Assembly: GCA_964530135.1 (NCBI GenBank)
Contig: CAZGXN010000008.1
Span: 1 to 42,766 of the forward strand
Direction of reading: 5' to 3'
From: an uncultured Bdellovibrionales bacterium
GTDB lineage: Bacteria > Patescibacteriota > Minisyncoccia > Moranbacterales > UBA1568
Length of the DNA stretch: 42,766 nt
In this document: positions 9,818 through 20,927 of the stretch, in pieces
Position numbering within the stretch: the first letter of the stretch is position 1
How the letters are laid out: each line of letters begins with the position of its first letter
Notes under the pieces: generated by a model
What the model was told of the DNA's origin: nothing
What the model saw: the letters and a program-made list of their open reading frames with translations, nothing else
Databases searched by the model: none
Made by a program: the position numbers and the translations under genes

Positions 9818-9853
9818 GGCGCCCCGCTTACCTCTTGGGCGCCTTTTCTTTTC
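9818..9853 (+). terminator. Intrinsic terminator after the 58-aa ORF
   Basis: GGCGCCC-12 nt-GGGCGCC followed by TTTTCTTTT. Confidence 0.75.
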
Positions 9854-9856
9854 TAC

Positions 9857-9891
9857 AAAAACAGCCGGCCACTTCAGAGCCGACTGTTTTT
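9857..9891. terminator. Bidirectional intrinsic terminator
   Basis: AAAAACAGCCGGC-CACTTCAGA-GCCGACTGTTTTT between convergent genes. Confidence 0.75.
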
Positions 9892-9906
9892 AGTTTTGAC
9901 CAAACG

Positions 9907-10878
9907 CTACTTCCGCCGGACTACTCTGTTGGCCACTACCCGAGCAAAGCGATAAGCCACCCAGATAAAAAATCCGTAGATAACGAGCACTGGTACACCG
10001 CTAATGAGTAGTGCCAGCAATGCACTCCCAACGGCAATACCGAAACGAGAAATGTCTGTGATTGACTGCTTGACTGCGTTGCCATCACGTACCGCATTGG
10101 TATCGACAACGACGCGCGGGTCCTCGGTAATACTGATAGTAAGAGATGCCATCGCTATCTGACCTACCAAAAGACGGTCTTCTGCCTCCATTCGCTCGAT
10201 ATCACTCCGCACCATCGAGAGGCGTTCTGTTACCTGGATAACATCATTCACTCCGGTCGCCCTCTCGAGGAGAGACATCAGCGCTGTCTCTTCTGCACGC
10301 TTGGTGTTCAGACGCGCGGTGAGATCAATGCTCTGTTCGGTTACATCTCCAGCATAGGCGTTTTCACTGACGACGGCTGAGGCAGCCCGCTTCACCTCTT
10401 CCAAAGTTACATCGAGACGGTCGGTCGGGACCCGCACCGAGAGCCAGGCTGTCTTCACTCCGGTCAACGGCTGCGCGATATGTACATTTTCAATAGAGCC
10501 ACCGACATTTTTGACTATCTCTTGGATCTTGTCTGTCGTCCACTTCAAACTTTGTGCCCGTAGATCCAGTGTCGCACCCTTGGCTATTTTCTGTCCTGAA
10601 GAGAGTGAAACAATAGTCGTCTGTGGCGGCATTGGCCGCGCCACACGATTCACCGCAGCCGGAGCGTTCATCATCCGACCGACCGTTGCGGTATCAGCGC
10701 GTTGATCCATCATCGGCATCGGAACGGGGGTCATATGCGACAGCCCATTCACCCGCTTCGGGAAAAATGCCAGTGTCTTCACGAGAAAAATAAAAAGTAC
10801 CGGAGCGAACAACATGAAGACGAGAAGGAATCCACCCATCCGCACATATTTTTGCCACTTCGGAGGTCGGGCTGCCAT
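9907..10878 (-). CDS. DUF4349-like membrane protein
   Basis: N-terminal TM helix; AWLSVRVP...DVTEQSIDLTARL...ERLSMVRSDIERMEA...MASLTISI pattern; C-terminal hydrophobic hairpin. Confidence 0.85.
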   Translation of the reverse strand: MAARPPKWQKYVRMGGFLLVFMLFAPVLFIFLVKTLAFFPKRVNGLSHMTPVPMPMMDQRADTATVGRMMNAPAAVNRVARPMPPQTTIVSLSSGQKIAKGATLDLRAQSLKWTTDKIQEIVKNVGGSIENVHIAQPLTGVKTAWLSVRVPTDRLDVTLEEVKRAASAVVSENAYAGDVTEQSIDLTARLNTKRAEETALMSLLERATGVNDVIQVTERLSMVRSDIERMEAEDRLLVGQIAMASLTISITEDPRVVVDTNAVRDGNAVKQSITDISRFGIAVGSALLALLISGVPVLVIYGFFIWVAYRFARVVANRVVRRK

Positions 10879-11009
10879 ATGATTTTGTTATGTATTACAA
10901 AAAAAACTAAAAGCACCAGAGTCCTTTTAGTGTACCCCTGGTTTTCTAAATGCGCCAGTACTCACCTCACATCTTTTATGTTTTTCAAATGTTTTGCACC
11001 GAAAAAGTG

Positions 11010-11467
11010 CTAGTGATCTTCACGAGAAATCACATTGGGCGCAACCCGACTACGATGTTTGCGAGCGATCTTGATCCGCGCCAGCTCTTTTTCAAGTGCG
11101 GCCGCAACCTGCGCATATTCTTCTTCTCCCATCGAGACACGCTCATTTCGAAGTGCTTCAGCTCGAACCCGTGCTTGTTCAGCGCGTTCCATATCGATAT
11201 CGATCGCCCGCTCGGCCGTATCTGCCAGTACCGACAGCTCATTTGCATCGAAGACCACAAAACCACCAGAAACCGCGAAACTTTCCGTCGAACCATCCGA
11301 ACTATGAACAATCACTTCACCTGCCCGGAGCGCGCCAATATACGACACATGTTCTGGAAGTATCGTTACATCTCCATCCGCGATAGGCAGTGTTACCCCA
11401 ACAGCCTCAACCAGCGCGACGGCGCGTTCGGGTGTTATCAGTTTCATTGAGAGGGTGTGTGGTGTCA

Positions 11468-11468
<1 letters not shown>
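11010..11468 (-). CDS. atpC: F1Fo ATP synthase epsilon subunit
   Basis: MKLITPER, GDVTILPEH, AVSGGF, VLADTAERAIDID; TGATG overlap with atpD. Confidence 0.95.
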
Positions 11469-12892
<1,424 letters not shown>

Positions 12893-12969
12893 TTATTTAA
12901 TGGATGGACTGCTTGCTGATGTATACTTGCTCACCTCTGGATGTTATGACGATCTCGAGGGATCTCTTG

Positions 12970-13860
12970 CTACCCTGTAACCGCCGCCATACCCGCTGAA
13001 AGCTCGGCTATCTCCTGTGTGATCTTTTGCTGACGAAGCTGATTATAGGCAAGCGTAAGATCATCAGCCATCTCTTTGGCAGCATCCGTAGCATTGCGCA
13101 TCGCGACCATCCGTGCGGCCTCCTGTGAAGCATTTGATTCCAGAACAGCATGATACAATTCCGCTTCAATCAGGCGAGGGATCAGCGCTTCAAGTACCAT
13201 TTCAGGCAACGGCTCGATGAGGCAGTCGCTGTGTGAATTTTCCTTCGGTTCAAGACCAATTTCGTCAAGCATTTTTTTAATGTCTTTCTCCCTAACCGGT
13301 AACAAGGCACGGACCTTCACCCGCTGTACCAGGGCCGAAACATAGTCCGTATAGATCATAACAACCCGATCAACGCGCCCAGCGAGAAATTCATCAAGGA
13401 TAACCCGGGTAACTGGCCGCATATCCGTAACACGCGGATACTCGAAGACGGCTGGGAATGAAGCAATGATCTCACCGCGAAGCCGGCGTACGGCCTGTTC
13501 ACCCTTTTTCCCGAGTGTGATAAAAGAGGCCTTACGATCAACATCTTCCGCTCGCACTTCTCGCAATTTTTTTAGGACTTGCGTGTTGAAAGAACCACAC
13601 AAACCACGGTTGGATGTGATCACCACATACAACTCACGGCGGATTGGTCGCTCGAGCAGCAAGGGATGTTTTTCATACTTGACGGCAGCAGCTACACTCT
13701 GCAGGACAAACAATGCCGCCTGCGCATAGGGTCGCAAAGCCAATGCTCGCTCAACCGCGCGACGCATCTTCACCGCCGAAATCATCTCCATGGCCCGGGT
13801 AATTTTTCCCGTTCCTCTCACGCCCTTGATTCGTCTTCGAATATCTTTTCCGCTCGGCAT
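12970..13860 (-). CDS. atpG: F1Fo ATP synthase gamma subunit
   Basis: KITRAMEMISAVK, SNRGLCGSFN, ARMVAMRNATD, YNQLRQQKITQEIAE. Confidence 0.98.
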   Translation of the reverse strand: MPSGKDIRRRIKGVRGTGKITRAMEMISAVKMRRAVERALALRPYAQAALFVLQSVAAAVKYEKHPLLLERPIRRELYVVITSNRGLCGSFNTQVLKKLREVRAEDVDRKASFITLGKKGEQAVRRLRGEIIASFPAVFEYPRVTDMRPVTRVILDEFLAGRVDRVVMIYTDYVSALVQRVKVRALLPVREKDIKKMLDEIGLEPKENSHSDCLIEPLPEMVLEALIPRLIEAELYHAVLESNASQEAARMVAMRNATDAAKEMADDLTLAYNQLRQQKITQEIAELSAGMAAVTG

Positions 13861-13931
13861 AGACTTTTACATCTGGAATGTGAATCTGAGATTTGAAAAC
13901 CAACCCTCAAGATCCAGAATTCTTATTTACC

Positions 13932-15431
13932 CTATACAACAAAACCTTTTTTGAAATCTTCGATATGCTTTTTGAGCATTGCCTCGACCGTTTCCGTTAG
14001 CGCCTTTTCGGTCCGAATCGCTTCAATGAGGCTTTGTCCATCACTTTCGAGCGAAAGCAAAAGCTCCTTTTCAAAACGACTGATAGCATCGACGGCAATG
14101 TCATCGAGGTGTCCGCGGGAAAGCGCATAGAGGAGGACGATCTCGCTCTCAACCGAGAGTGGGGCATACTGCGGCTGCTTCAAGATTTCAACCGCCCGCC
14201 GGCCACGTTCGATGAGCGAACGAGTCTTCTCATCGAGATCCGATCCGAACTGAGCAAACGATTCCATTTCACGAAATTGAGCCAGGTCAAGACGGAGTGT
14301 ACCGGCCACCTGTTTCATGGCCTTGATTTGCGCAGCGGAACCGACCCGAGAAACTGAAATACCAACATTCAATGCTGGACGAATACCTTTGTAGAAAAGA
14401 TCTGACTCCAGGTAAATCTGTCCATCCGTAATAGAGATAACGTTTGTCGGGATGTAGGCAGACACATCACCCGCCTGTGTCTCGATGATTGGCAGCGCTG
14501 TGATCGAACCACCCCCATGCTCCGCATTCAACTTTGCACTGCGTTCCAAGAGGCGAGAATGCACATAGAAAACATCGCCCGGGTACGCCTCACGCCCTGG
14601 TGGCCGCCGAAGGATGAGCGAGATCTGACGATAACTGACCGCATGTTTAGAGAGATCATCATACACAACCAGCACATCTTTACCCTGATCCAGGAAATAC
14701 TCACCCATCGCACAGCCAGCATACGGCGCGATATAGGACAGTGCCGCTGATTCAGAAACGCCCGCGACAACAATAGTGGTATAGTCCATCGCCCCAGCCC
14801 GGTCGAGTGCCGCCTTGATACGCGCAACTTTGGATTCTTTCTGGCCGATCGCGACATAGATACAGATCACCCCTTGCCCTTTTTGATTGATGATAGTATC
14901 GATAGCCACGGCTGTTTTCCCAGTCTGCCGATCACCGATGATGAGCTCACGCTGACCACGGCCAATCGGGATGAGGGCATCAATTGCTTTGATGCCTGTC
15001 TGAAGTGGCTGATGAACTGATTGTCGCGTAATAACACCCGGGGCGATCTTTTCGACAGGGTAATAGGTGGCGGCCTGAATCTCGCCTTTCCCATCAATCG
15101 CCTGACCAAGCGCATTCACAACGCGCCCGATGATACCCTCACCCACGGGAACGGAGAGAATGCGGCCTGTCGCTTTTACTCTCATTCCTTCGGAGAGCTC
15201 GCCCATCTCACCCATCACCATTACACCGACTTCACTCTCTTCCAGGTTGAGTGCGACACCCAATGTCCCATCCTCAAACTCCACCATCTCAGAAGCCATG
15301 ACTTCCGATAAACCAGCTACTCGAGCAACACCATCACCCACCTCGAGGATCGTGCCAACTGCTTCACGCTCCACCGCATGATGAAAACGCAAAAGTTCTT
15401 TTTTTAATTCTTCGATAAGTGGATTCGACAT
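13932..15431 (-). CDS. atpA: F1Fo ATP synthase alpha subunit
   Basis: [44 protein letters not shown]. Alternative GTG start at 15446 overlaps the atpH stop. Confidence 0.99.
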   Translation of the reverse strand: MSNPLIEELKKELLRFHHAVEREAVGTILEVGDGVARVAGLSEVMASEMVEFEDGTLGVALNLEESEVGVMVMGEMGELSEGMRVKATGRILSVPVGEGIIGRVVNALGQAIDGKGEIQAATYYPVEKIAPGVITRQSVHQPLQTGIKAIDALIPIGRGQRELIIGDRQTGKTAVAIDTIINQKGQGVICIYVAIGQKESKVARIKAALDRAGAMDYTTIVVAGVSESAALSYIAPYAGCAMGEYFLDQGKDVLVVYDDLSKHAVSYRQISLILRRPPGREAYPGDVFYVHSRLLERSAKLNAEHGGGSITALPIIETQAGDVSAYIPTNVISITDGQIYLESDLFYKGIRPALNVGISVSRVGSAAQIKAMKQVAGTLRLDLAQFREMESFAQFGSDLDEKTRSLIERGRRAVEILKQPQYAPLSVESEIVLLYALSRGHLDDIAVDAISRFEKELLLSLESDGQSLIEAIRTEKALTETVEAMLKKHIEDFKKGFVV

Positions 15432-15442
15432 AGGTGTACGTG

Positions 15443-15841
15443 TCACAATGATTTACGGAGTTCTTTGAGCGCACGGGCGACGGTTCCATCGTAGCGGGTG
15501 TCGGCTGTATCGAGTCGGATGCCGCCAAGTAGTGTCGCATCTTCATGAAACTCGATCACAGCTTTGCGACCTGGCTTTTGGAGAAGCTGTGGCGCGAGCA
15601 GGGAGACTGACTGCCGCTCACTCGCCGGAAGCGGATGGGCACTCGTCGCGGTGATAGAAAGGACGCCTGACTCCTGTTCGGCATATACATCGAGCGCTCG
15701 CATAATTTTTCCAACACGACGGGCGTACCGTTTTCGCCGGAGCAAACCGACAAAGGCCTGAATGAGCTCTCTCCCCTGCAGCTCACCGGCACGCTGAAGT
15801 TCACCCGCGGCCCGAACTAATTGCGCTTCCGCGATTCTCAT
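15443..15841 (-). CDS. atpH: F1Fo ATP synthase delta subunit (short form)
   Basis: Lies between atpF and atpA; C-terminal TSAHPL...[10 protein letters not shown]...YDGTVARAL motif; only 132 aa. Confidence 0.88.
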   Translation of the reverse strand: MRIAEAQLVRAAGELQRAGELQGRELIQAFVGLLRRKRYARRVGKIMRALDVYAEQESGVLSITATSAHPLPASERQSVSLLAPQLLQKPGRKAVIEFHEDATLLGGIRLDTADTRYDGTVARALKELRKSL

Positions 15842-15846
15842 AGCGC

Positions 15847-16341
15847 TTACGATTTCTTATTCAACACCGCCGTAACCAGCTGCGTATCCACCTTGGTATC
15901 AATCGTCTCTCCGAGTACGCGCTCAACGGCGGTTACGATAAGGCCCGAAAGCTCAGCCTTTGCCTCACGCACCAACCGCTCCTTTTCATCCGCCAGATGC
16001 GCATCTGTATCGGCCACCATTTTATCAATTCGTACTTTCGTTTCCTGAAGCATCATGGCATCGCGTTTTTTGGCAGCCTGTTCTGCCTGAAGCAAGATGT
16101 CTCGAGCTTCTTCGCGTGCAGCAGCCAAGAGTTGCTTCTCGGCCTCGACGCTCGACCGAAGTTTTTCTTGAGAGAGTGCCGCATCCTTCAGTCCCTGTTC
16201 AATTTTTTTCGTCCGAGCCTCAAGCGCCTTCAGAATAGGTTGATAAGCATATCGCCGCAGCACCCAGAGGAGGATAACAAAATTCAGCGCCTGAGCGATG
16301 AGGAGCTTCCAATCGATACCGAGCTTTGCGAGAACTTCCAT
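15847..16341 (-). CDS. atpF: Fo subunit b
   Basis: LIAQALNFVILLWVLRRYAYQPI TM helix followed by an Ala/Glu-rich coiled coil. Confidence 0.96.
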   Translation of the reverse strand: MEVLAKLGIDWKLLIAQALNFVILLWVLRRYAYQPILKALEARTKKIEQGLKDAALSQEKLRSSVEAEKQLLAAAREEARDILLQAEQAAKKRDAMMLQETKVRIDKMVADTDAHLADEKERLVREAKAELSGLIVTAVERVLGETIDTKVDTQLVTAVLNKKS

Positions 16342-16464
16342 GCAGAAAATTTAATATGTCATGAATCCAGTTTGGAATGCGATCGGGGCCTGATGTCATC
16401 GTATACCAACATATGATGACAAACTTCAAGCGGCCGAACCGCAAGAATCGGCCAAAAGAAGTTT

Positions 16465-16713
<249 letters not shown>

Positions 16714-16833
16714 TTAATCTCATCTCCCACTTTGGACACCAAACATCAAACCAACCATTTACTGTCTTTAGTCGCTCACATGATGAGTATGGACGCTCAT
16801 CTCGTTCACTTTGTTCGACAATAAAACGCCTCC

Positions 16834-16862
16834 AGTGTACCGTAAAATCGACAAATTGTCCA
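16834..16862 (-). promoter_or_regulatory. Putative internal promoter for atpE
   Basis: TGGACA-17 nt-TACACT in the 255-nt atpB-atpE spacer. Confidence 0.5.
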
Positions 16863-16947
16863 ATCTCTCACAAATCCAACAACACACCTCATTCATCATA
16901 CACCACTCGATACTGACCATGGGATCCAAATGAAGCTGGCCCAGATC

Positions 16948-17700
16948 TCAGTGTTCCGGTTCAACCGTCGCCATCTTCAGGAAAACAAGCGTGAGCATAG
17001 CAAAGACGACAGCCTGGATAAACCCAACAAAGATCTCAAGAAATAAGAACGGGAGCGGGAGAAAATACGGCACCAAATGGAGCATAACCGTCAAGAGTAC
17101 TTCTCCAGCAAACACATTGCCGAAAAGCCGAAAGGTAAACGAGATAATCTTGCCGATCTCGGAAACCAGTTCGAGTATACCGACCGCTGTACCGATACCA
17201 TACGGCTGTTGAAAGGGACTCACAAAAAACTTCTTCCCATATTTGACGAGACCCAGTGCCGCAATACCAGTAAACTGGATAGTGAAGACAACGATCAGTG
17301 AGAGGGCGAGCGTGAAGTTGAGATCGGCCGAAGTACTCCGCAGAAAAGGAATGATAGTCGCATGACTCGCATCCCCATGAGCCAGACCAATCGTCCCAAG
17401 TCCTGGCAGAAGTCCAGCCCAATTTGAAAAAAGGACAAAGAAAAAGATCGTGGCAATGAGCGGGAAAAATTTGAGCGCTTGTTTTCGATCTTGTGTTACT
17501 GACTCCACGAGATCGAGGAGTGCCTCAATAATTGTTTCCAAGATATTTTGGGCGCCGCGTGGCACTTCTTGCCAATGCTCAACGATACGGCGAGTGAAGA
17601 GCATCAGACCGCCTGAAACAATGGCACCAATGAGAAACGCATTCGTCACCGGAAAAGTGCCAAACGAAAACAGTTTTTCAGCAGCAATAGAAATTTCCAT
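16948..17700 (-). CDS. atpB: Fo subunit a
   Basis: PFLRSTSADLNFTLAL, SFTFRLFGNVFAGE (essential Arg), LEIFVGFIQAVVFAMLT. Confidence 0.97.
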   Translation of the reverse strand: MEISIAAEKLFSFGTFPVTNAFLIGAIVSGGLMLFTRRIVEHWQEVPRGAQNILETIIEALLDLVESVTQDRKQALKFFPLIATIFFFVLFSNWAGLLPGLGTIGLAHGDASHATIIPFLRSTSADLNFTLALSLIVVFTIQFTGIAALGLVKYGKKFFVSPFQQPYGIGTAVGILELVSEIGKIISFTFRLFGNVFAGEVLLTVMLHLVPYFLPLPFLFLEIFVGFIQAVVFAMLTLVFLKMATVEPEH

Positions 17701-17760
17701 ACGATATTCAAATCGTCAATCGAGAGAAGAGATAGAATGATCTTCTTTTTGAGCGATTCT

Positions 17761-17789
17761 ATGGTACAAGCTCCCTCATGTAAAGTCAA
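17761..17789 (-). promoter_or_regulatory. Putative sigma70 promoter of the atp operon
   Basis: TTGACT-17 nt-TACCAT, 60 nt upstream of atpB. Confidence 0.7.
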
Positions 17790-17795
17790 CGCGAA

Positions 17796-18071
17796 CTATT
17801 CCCCTTCACTTGCTGCCTTCGGTATTCCGCGGAGGATCTCCATCCGACGCATCTGATACCCCGCCCGCTCCTGAAGCTTCCTTGAGACTTCGCTTTCTAA
17901 AGCTTTCCGAGCCATTTTATCCGTCGCGACAGCCCGCCGCTGAAGCAGGTCCGTAAGCTCCTGCGAAAGTTTTTCTATATTGTCCTCCACCTCCGGAAGC
18001 AACATTTCCTCCAAGGCTTTTGGCTGCTTGGGTGTTTCTGGAGTTGGCGCAGTCGGAAATTGTTCAGACAT
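17796..18071 (-). CDS. Hypothetical protein (91 aa, helical)
   Basis: Fills the tatD-atpB gap; Pro-rich start followed by a coiled-coil-like charged region. Confidence 0.6.
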   Translation of the reverse strand: MSEQFPTAPTPETPKQPKALEEMLLPEVEDNIEKLSQELTDLLQRRAVATDKMARKALESEVSRKLQERAGYQMRRMEILRGIPKAASEGE

Positions 18072-18080
18072 AGGTATACT

Positions 18081-18947
18081 TTATGATAACCGAAAGAATA
18101 CTTTCTTGAAATTCTGATCGAGGGCTGCTGAGAGTTTTGAGAGAGAGACGCCCTTCAATCGACACAACGCCTCACCAATCGCAATCACAAAAGCGGGCTC
18201 ATTGCGCTCACCCCGTTTCTCTTGCGGTGCGAGAAAGGGGCAGTCTGTTTCAACAAAAAGACGCGCGAGCGGGATGAGCTTCACAGTCTCATGTAAATCA
18301 TCTTTTGTGCCGACTGCAGTTTTTTTCACTGGGTATGTGATATTGCCAGTAAAGGAAAAGAAAACGTTGGGAAGTGTCAAAAAACGCTGTGTTACCTCGG
18401 TATTACCCATATAGCAATGCAGGATGATCGTCCGCAGGTCTTTCCCAGCATGTGCCAAGATCTCGAGCATCTCTGCATACGCATCACGACAATGAACGAT
18501 GAGTGGCACATCCATCTCTTTCGCCAGTTCAATCTGTGCCAAGAACCCCTGCCGCTGTGCCGCCTTTGTCTCATCAGAAATGACCGCTGCTCCCCGTCCA
18601 ACAAATGACTGCTGCGAATCGATCACCGTCGGACGAACAAAGTAGTCGAGTCCACACTCCCCGATAGCGATCACTTTCCGCGACTTCTTGGCACACTCAC
18701 GGAGCGCCTCGATATCAACCGCGAGATCTTTCACATCATCCAATGTCCGGAATTCATGCGGATGAATACCGACACTCGCATACAATGCCGGATATTTTTC
18801 AGCCAATTCGACACACTGTTGACTCTCTTCAACCGTACAGCCAACCACAAGTATGTTTTCTACACCAGCGGCCTGAGCGCGCGCCAGTACCGCGTCGCGG
18901 TCCGTATCGTATGTGTCCCAATAGAGATGGGTATGGATATCATGCAT
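18081..18947 (-). CDS. tatD: TatD-family nuclease with an internal insertion
   Basis: DIHTHL, GIHPH, IGECGLDY, VHCR, LHCY, ETDCPFLAP; extra segment RPTVIDSQQSFVGRGAAVISD after GLDY. Confidence 0.93.
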   Translation of the reverse strand: MHDIHTHLYWDTYDTDRDAVLARAQAAGVENILVVGCTVEESQQCVELAEKYPALYASVGIHPHEFRTLDDVKDLAVDIEALRECAKKSRKVIAIGECGLDYFVRPTVIDSQQSFVGRGAAVISDETKAAQRQGFLAQIELAKEMDVPLIVHCRDAYAEMLEILAHAGKDLRTIILHCYMGNTEVTQRFLTLPNVFFSFTGNITYPVKKTAVGTKDDLHETVKLIPLARLFVETDCPFLAPQEKRGERNEPAFVIAIGEALCRLKGVSLSKLSAALDQNFKKVFFRLS

Positions 18948-19011
18948 GGATTTGCGATTTTATTCAGACATTGCTAAGGTGTTGGCATCTCTTCCTTCAG
19001 GAGATATTATC

Positions 19012-19107
19012 GTGTTGCAAAAGATTCCCAGTTGGCTTCTCGTTATTGGTTGCATCGCCGCCATAGCGATTGTCTTGCTCATAGGAGCCGGAGTGCTCCG
19101 TCTCTGA
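19012..19107 (+). CDS. Small single-TM protein (31 aa), unannotated
   Basis: AGGAG 8 nt before GTG; MLQKIPSWLLVIGCIAAIAIVLLIGAGVLRL; extended -10 TGCTAAGGT upstream; hairpin downstream. Confidence 0.7.
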   Translation: MLQKIPSWLLVIGCIAAIAIVLLIGAGVLRL

Positions 19108-19128
19108 GCCACTATTCACCCAACTGCC

Positions 19129-19161
19129 AGCGGGCAACCGAAGATCCGGTCGCCCGCTTTT
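19129..19161. terminator. Terminator hairpin between the 31-aa ORF and metG
   Basis: AGCGGGCAACCG-AAGATC-CGGTCGCCCGCT then TTT. Confidence 0.65.
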
Positions 19162-20580
19162 CTATTTGATCCGCTGAAAGAGCGGTTCGACCTTCCCCGT
19201 CTTCAATGCCGTCTCAATTTTTTCGGAGGTTTCCGGAAGGAATGGTTTCAAGATAAAGCTAATGCCCGCAAGTGTTTTCAGGTATCCCTTCATGACTTGC
19301 TCAAACTTTTCCTCGTTTGTTTTTGCCAACTCCCAAGGCTTGTCGTTATCAATAACCTGATTTGTAACTCTGATGTACGACCAGATTTGATTCAAAGCAT
19401 CTGCCAGCATACACTGCTCTAGATATCCATTCACATCATTCCACATATTGCTACCGGAAAAATCAAGCTCTAATTTTTCACTCAGATTCTCTGAAAGCTT
19501 CAGTACGCGTGAAACCAAGTTCCCGAGACCATTGGCGAGATCAGCATTGTATTTCTCGGTCATGCGTTCCAGGGTGAGATCGACATCGTCGCCAAATGTC
19601 CCCGCGCTCATGAGGAGATAGCGCGTGCCGTCCACACCAAACCGCTCGAGCATATCGCCGATCGCGATCACATTGCCGAGCGTCTTACTCATCTTCTTCC
19701 CGCCCGACAGGATATGGCCATGTGTGAAGAGAAGTTGTTGCGTCGGCAACCCCAGATGCATGAGTATGACAGGCCAGATAGTGGCGTGCACCCGCAAAAT
19801 ATCTTTGCCGATGAATTGAATATTAGCCGGCCATTCCATTGGAACTGTCTTCACATCACCCTCCCAACCCAGCACCGTGAGATAATTCAAGAAAGCGTCT
19901 ACCCAGACATAGGTCGTATGGGCTTCATCAAATGGAAGTGGTATTCCCCACTGGACATTCTTCCGTGAGATAGAGATATCCGTCAGCGGCTCCCCCCTCA
20001 AGAAAGAGAGGATTTCGTTCCGGTACTGCTCCGGCGCAATGCGCAGTTCATCCGTCTCGATCCTCCGGATGAGTTCTGGCTGAAGCTCCGTCATCTTCAT
20101 CAGATAACTCTCTTCCTTCATAAATTCGGGTGCGCGATTGTGATCCGGACACTTTCCATCCACCAAATCATCCGCTGTCTTGAACTGCTCGCAGCCGACA
20201 CAGTAGAGACCCTCATAAAAACCTTTGTAGATGAGTCCGCGCTCGTAAAAATCAGCGAGAACTTTCTGCACAGCCCGCTTGTGCGCTGGCTCAGTTGTCC
20301 GGATGAATTTCGTATAGTCGATATTGAGCGCTTTCCAGAGTTTTTGAAACTCTCCTGCCAGCGCATCGACAAAGACTGCCGGCTCTTTTCCTTCTTCTTC
20401 AGCCTTCTTGGCGATCTTCATCCCATGTTCGTCCGTTCCGGTCGAGAAAAAGACCTCCTTGCCCTGCATTCGTTTAAAGCGTGCCAAACAGTCCGCCGCA
20501 ACCGTCGTATAGGCGTGGCCGATATGCGGCGGGCCGTTCACATAATAAATCGGCGTCGTGATGAAAAATGGCTTACTCAT
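19162..20580 (-). CDS. metG: Methionine--tRNA ligase (short form without the C-terminal tRNA-binding domain)
   Basis: ITTPIYYVNGPPHIGHAY, GTDEHG, single knuckle CVGCE...CPDH, YVWVDA, IGKDI, KMSKTLGN; 472 aa. Confidence 0.97.
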   Translation of the reverse strand: MSKPFFITTPIYYVNGPPHIGHAYTTVAADCLARFKRMQGKEVFFSTGTDEHGMKIAKKAEEEGKEPAVFVDALAGEFQKLWKALNIDYTKFIRTTEPAHKRAVQKVLADFYERGLIYKGFYEGLYCVGCEQFKTADDLVDGKCPDHNRAPEFMKEESYLMKMTELQPELIRRIETDELRIAPEQYRNEILSFLRGEPLTDISISRKNVQWGIPLPFDEAHTTYVWVDAFLNYLTVLGWEGDVKTVPMEWPANIQFIGKDILRVHATIWPVILMHLGLPTQQLLFTHGHILSGGKKMSKTLGNVIAIGDMLERFGVDGTRYLLMSAGTFGDDVDLTLERMTEKYNADLANGLGNLVSRVLKLSENLSEKLELDFSGSNMWNDVNGYLEQCMLADALNQIWSYIRVTNQVIDNDKPWELAKTNEEKFEQVMKGYLKTLAGISFILKPFLPETSEKIETALKTGKVEPLFQRIK

Positions 20581-20601
20581 AGTATCTTCAGTATATCACT
20601 A

Positions 20602-20630
20602 TTGACTTTTACATTAAGAAGGTGTATAAT
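20602..20630 (+). promoter_or_regulatory. Near-consensus sigma70 promoter of the 56-aa ORF
   Basis: TTGACT-17 nt-TATAAT. Confidence 0.8.
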
Positions 20631-20671
20631 AGCACAGTTAGCAGTACCTTTTTTCAACCCAAGGAGAATAC

Positions 20672-20842
20672 ATGGATACCTGGATGAAACGGCATGAGCC
20701 CAAAGTGTTCTGGGGAGGCCTCGCCCTCTTCATCTTCTATGTCTACTTCATAGCCTCGGTGGAGTGTCTCAATTACAACAACTGTTGGATCGCTAGTGCT
20801 GATTTAGCGGATGCCGTGTTGCGATTTTTTGGGACGAAATAA
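20672..20842 (+). CDS. Small membrane protein (56 aa) with a C-x5-C pair, unannotated
   Basis: AAGGAG 5 nt before ATG; MDTWMKRHEPKVFWGGLALFIFYVYFIASVECLNYNNCWIASADLADAVLRFFGTK; own promoter and terminator. Confidence 0.78.
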   Translation: MDTWMKRHEPKVFWGGLALFIFYVYFIASVECLNYNNCWIASADLADAVLRFFGTK

Positions 20843-20877
20843 CCGGCCCCTATCTCCCGAAGCTAGTCGCTAATCCC

Positions 20878-20910
20878 AAAGCCCGATATGCAACCGCGTA
20901 CTCGGGCTTT
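20878..20910. terminator. Bidirectional terminator
   Basis: AAAGCCCGA-15 nt-TCGGGCTTT between convergent genes. Confidence 0.7.
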
Positions 20911-20927
20911 AAAAATTTTATCTACTT

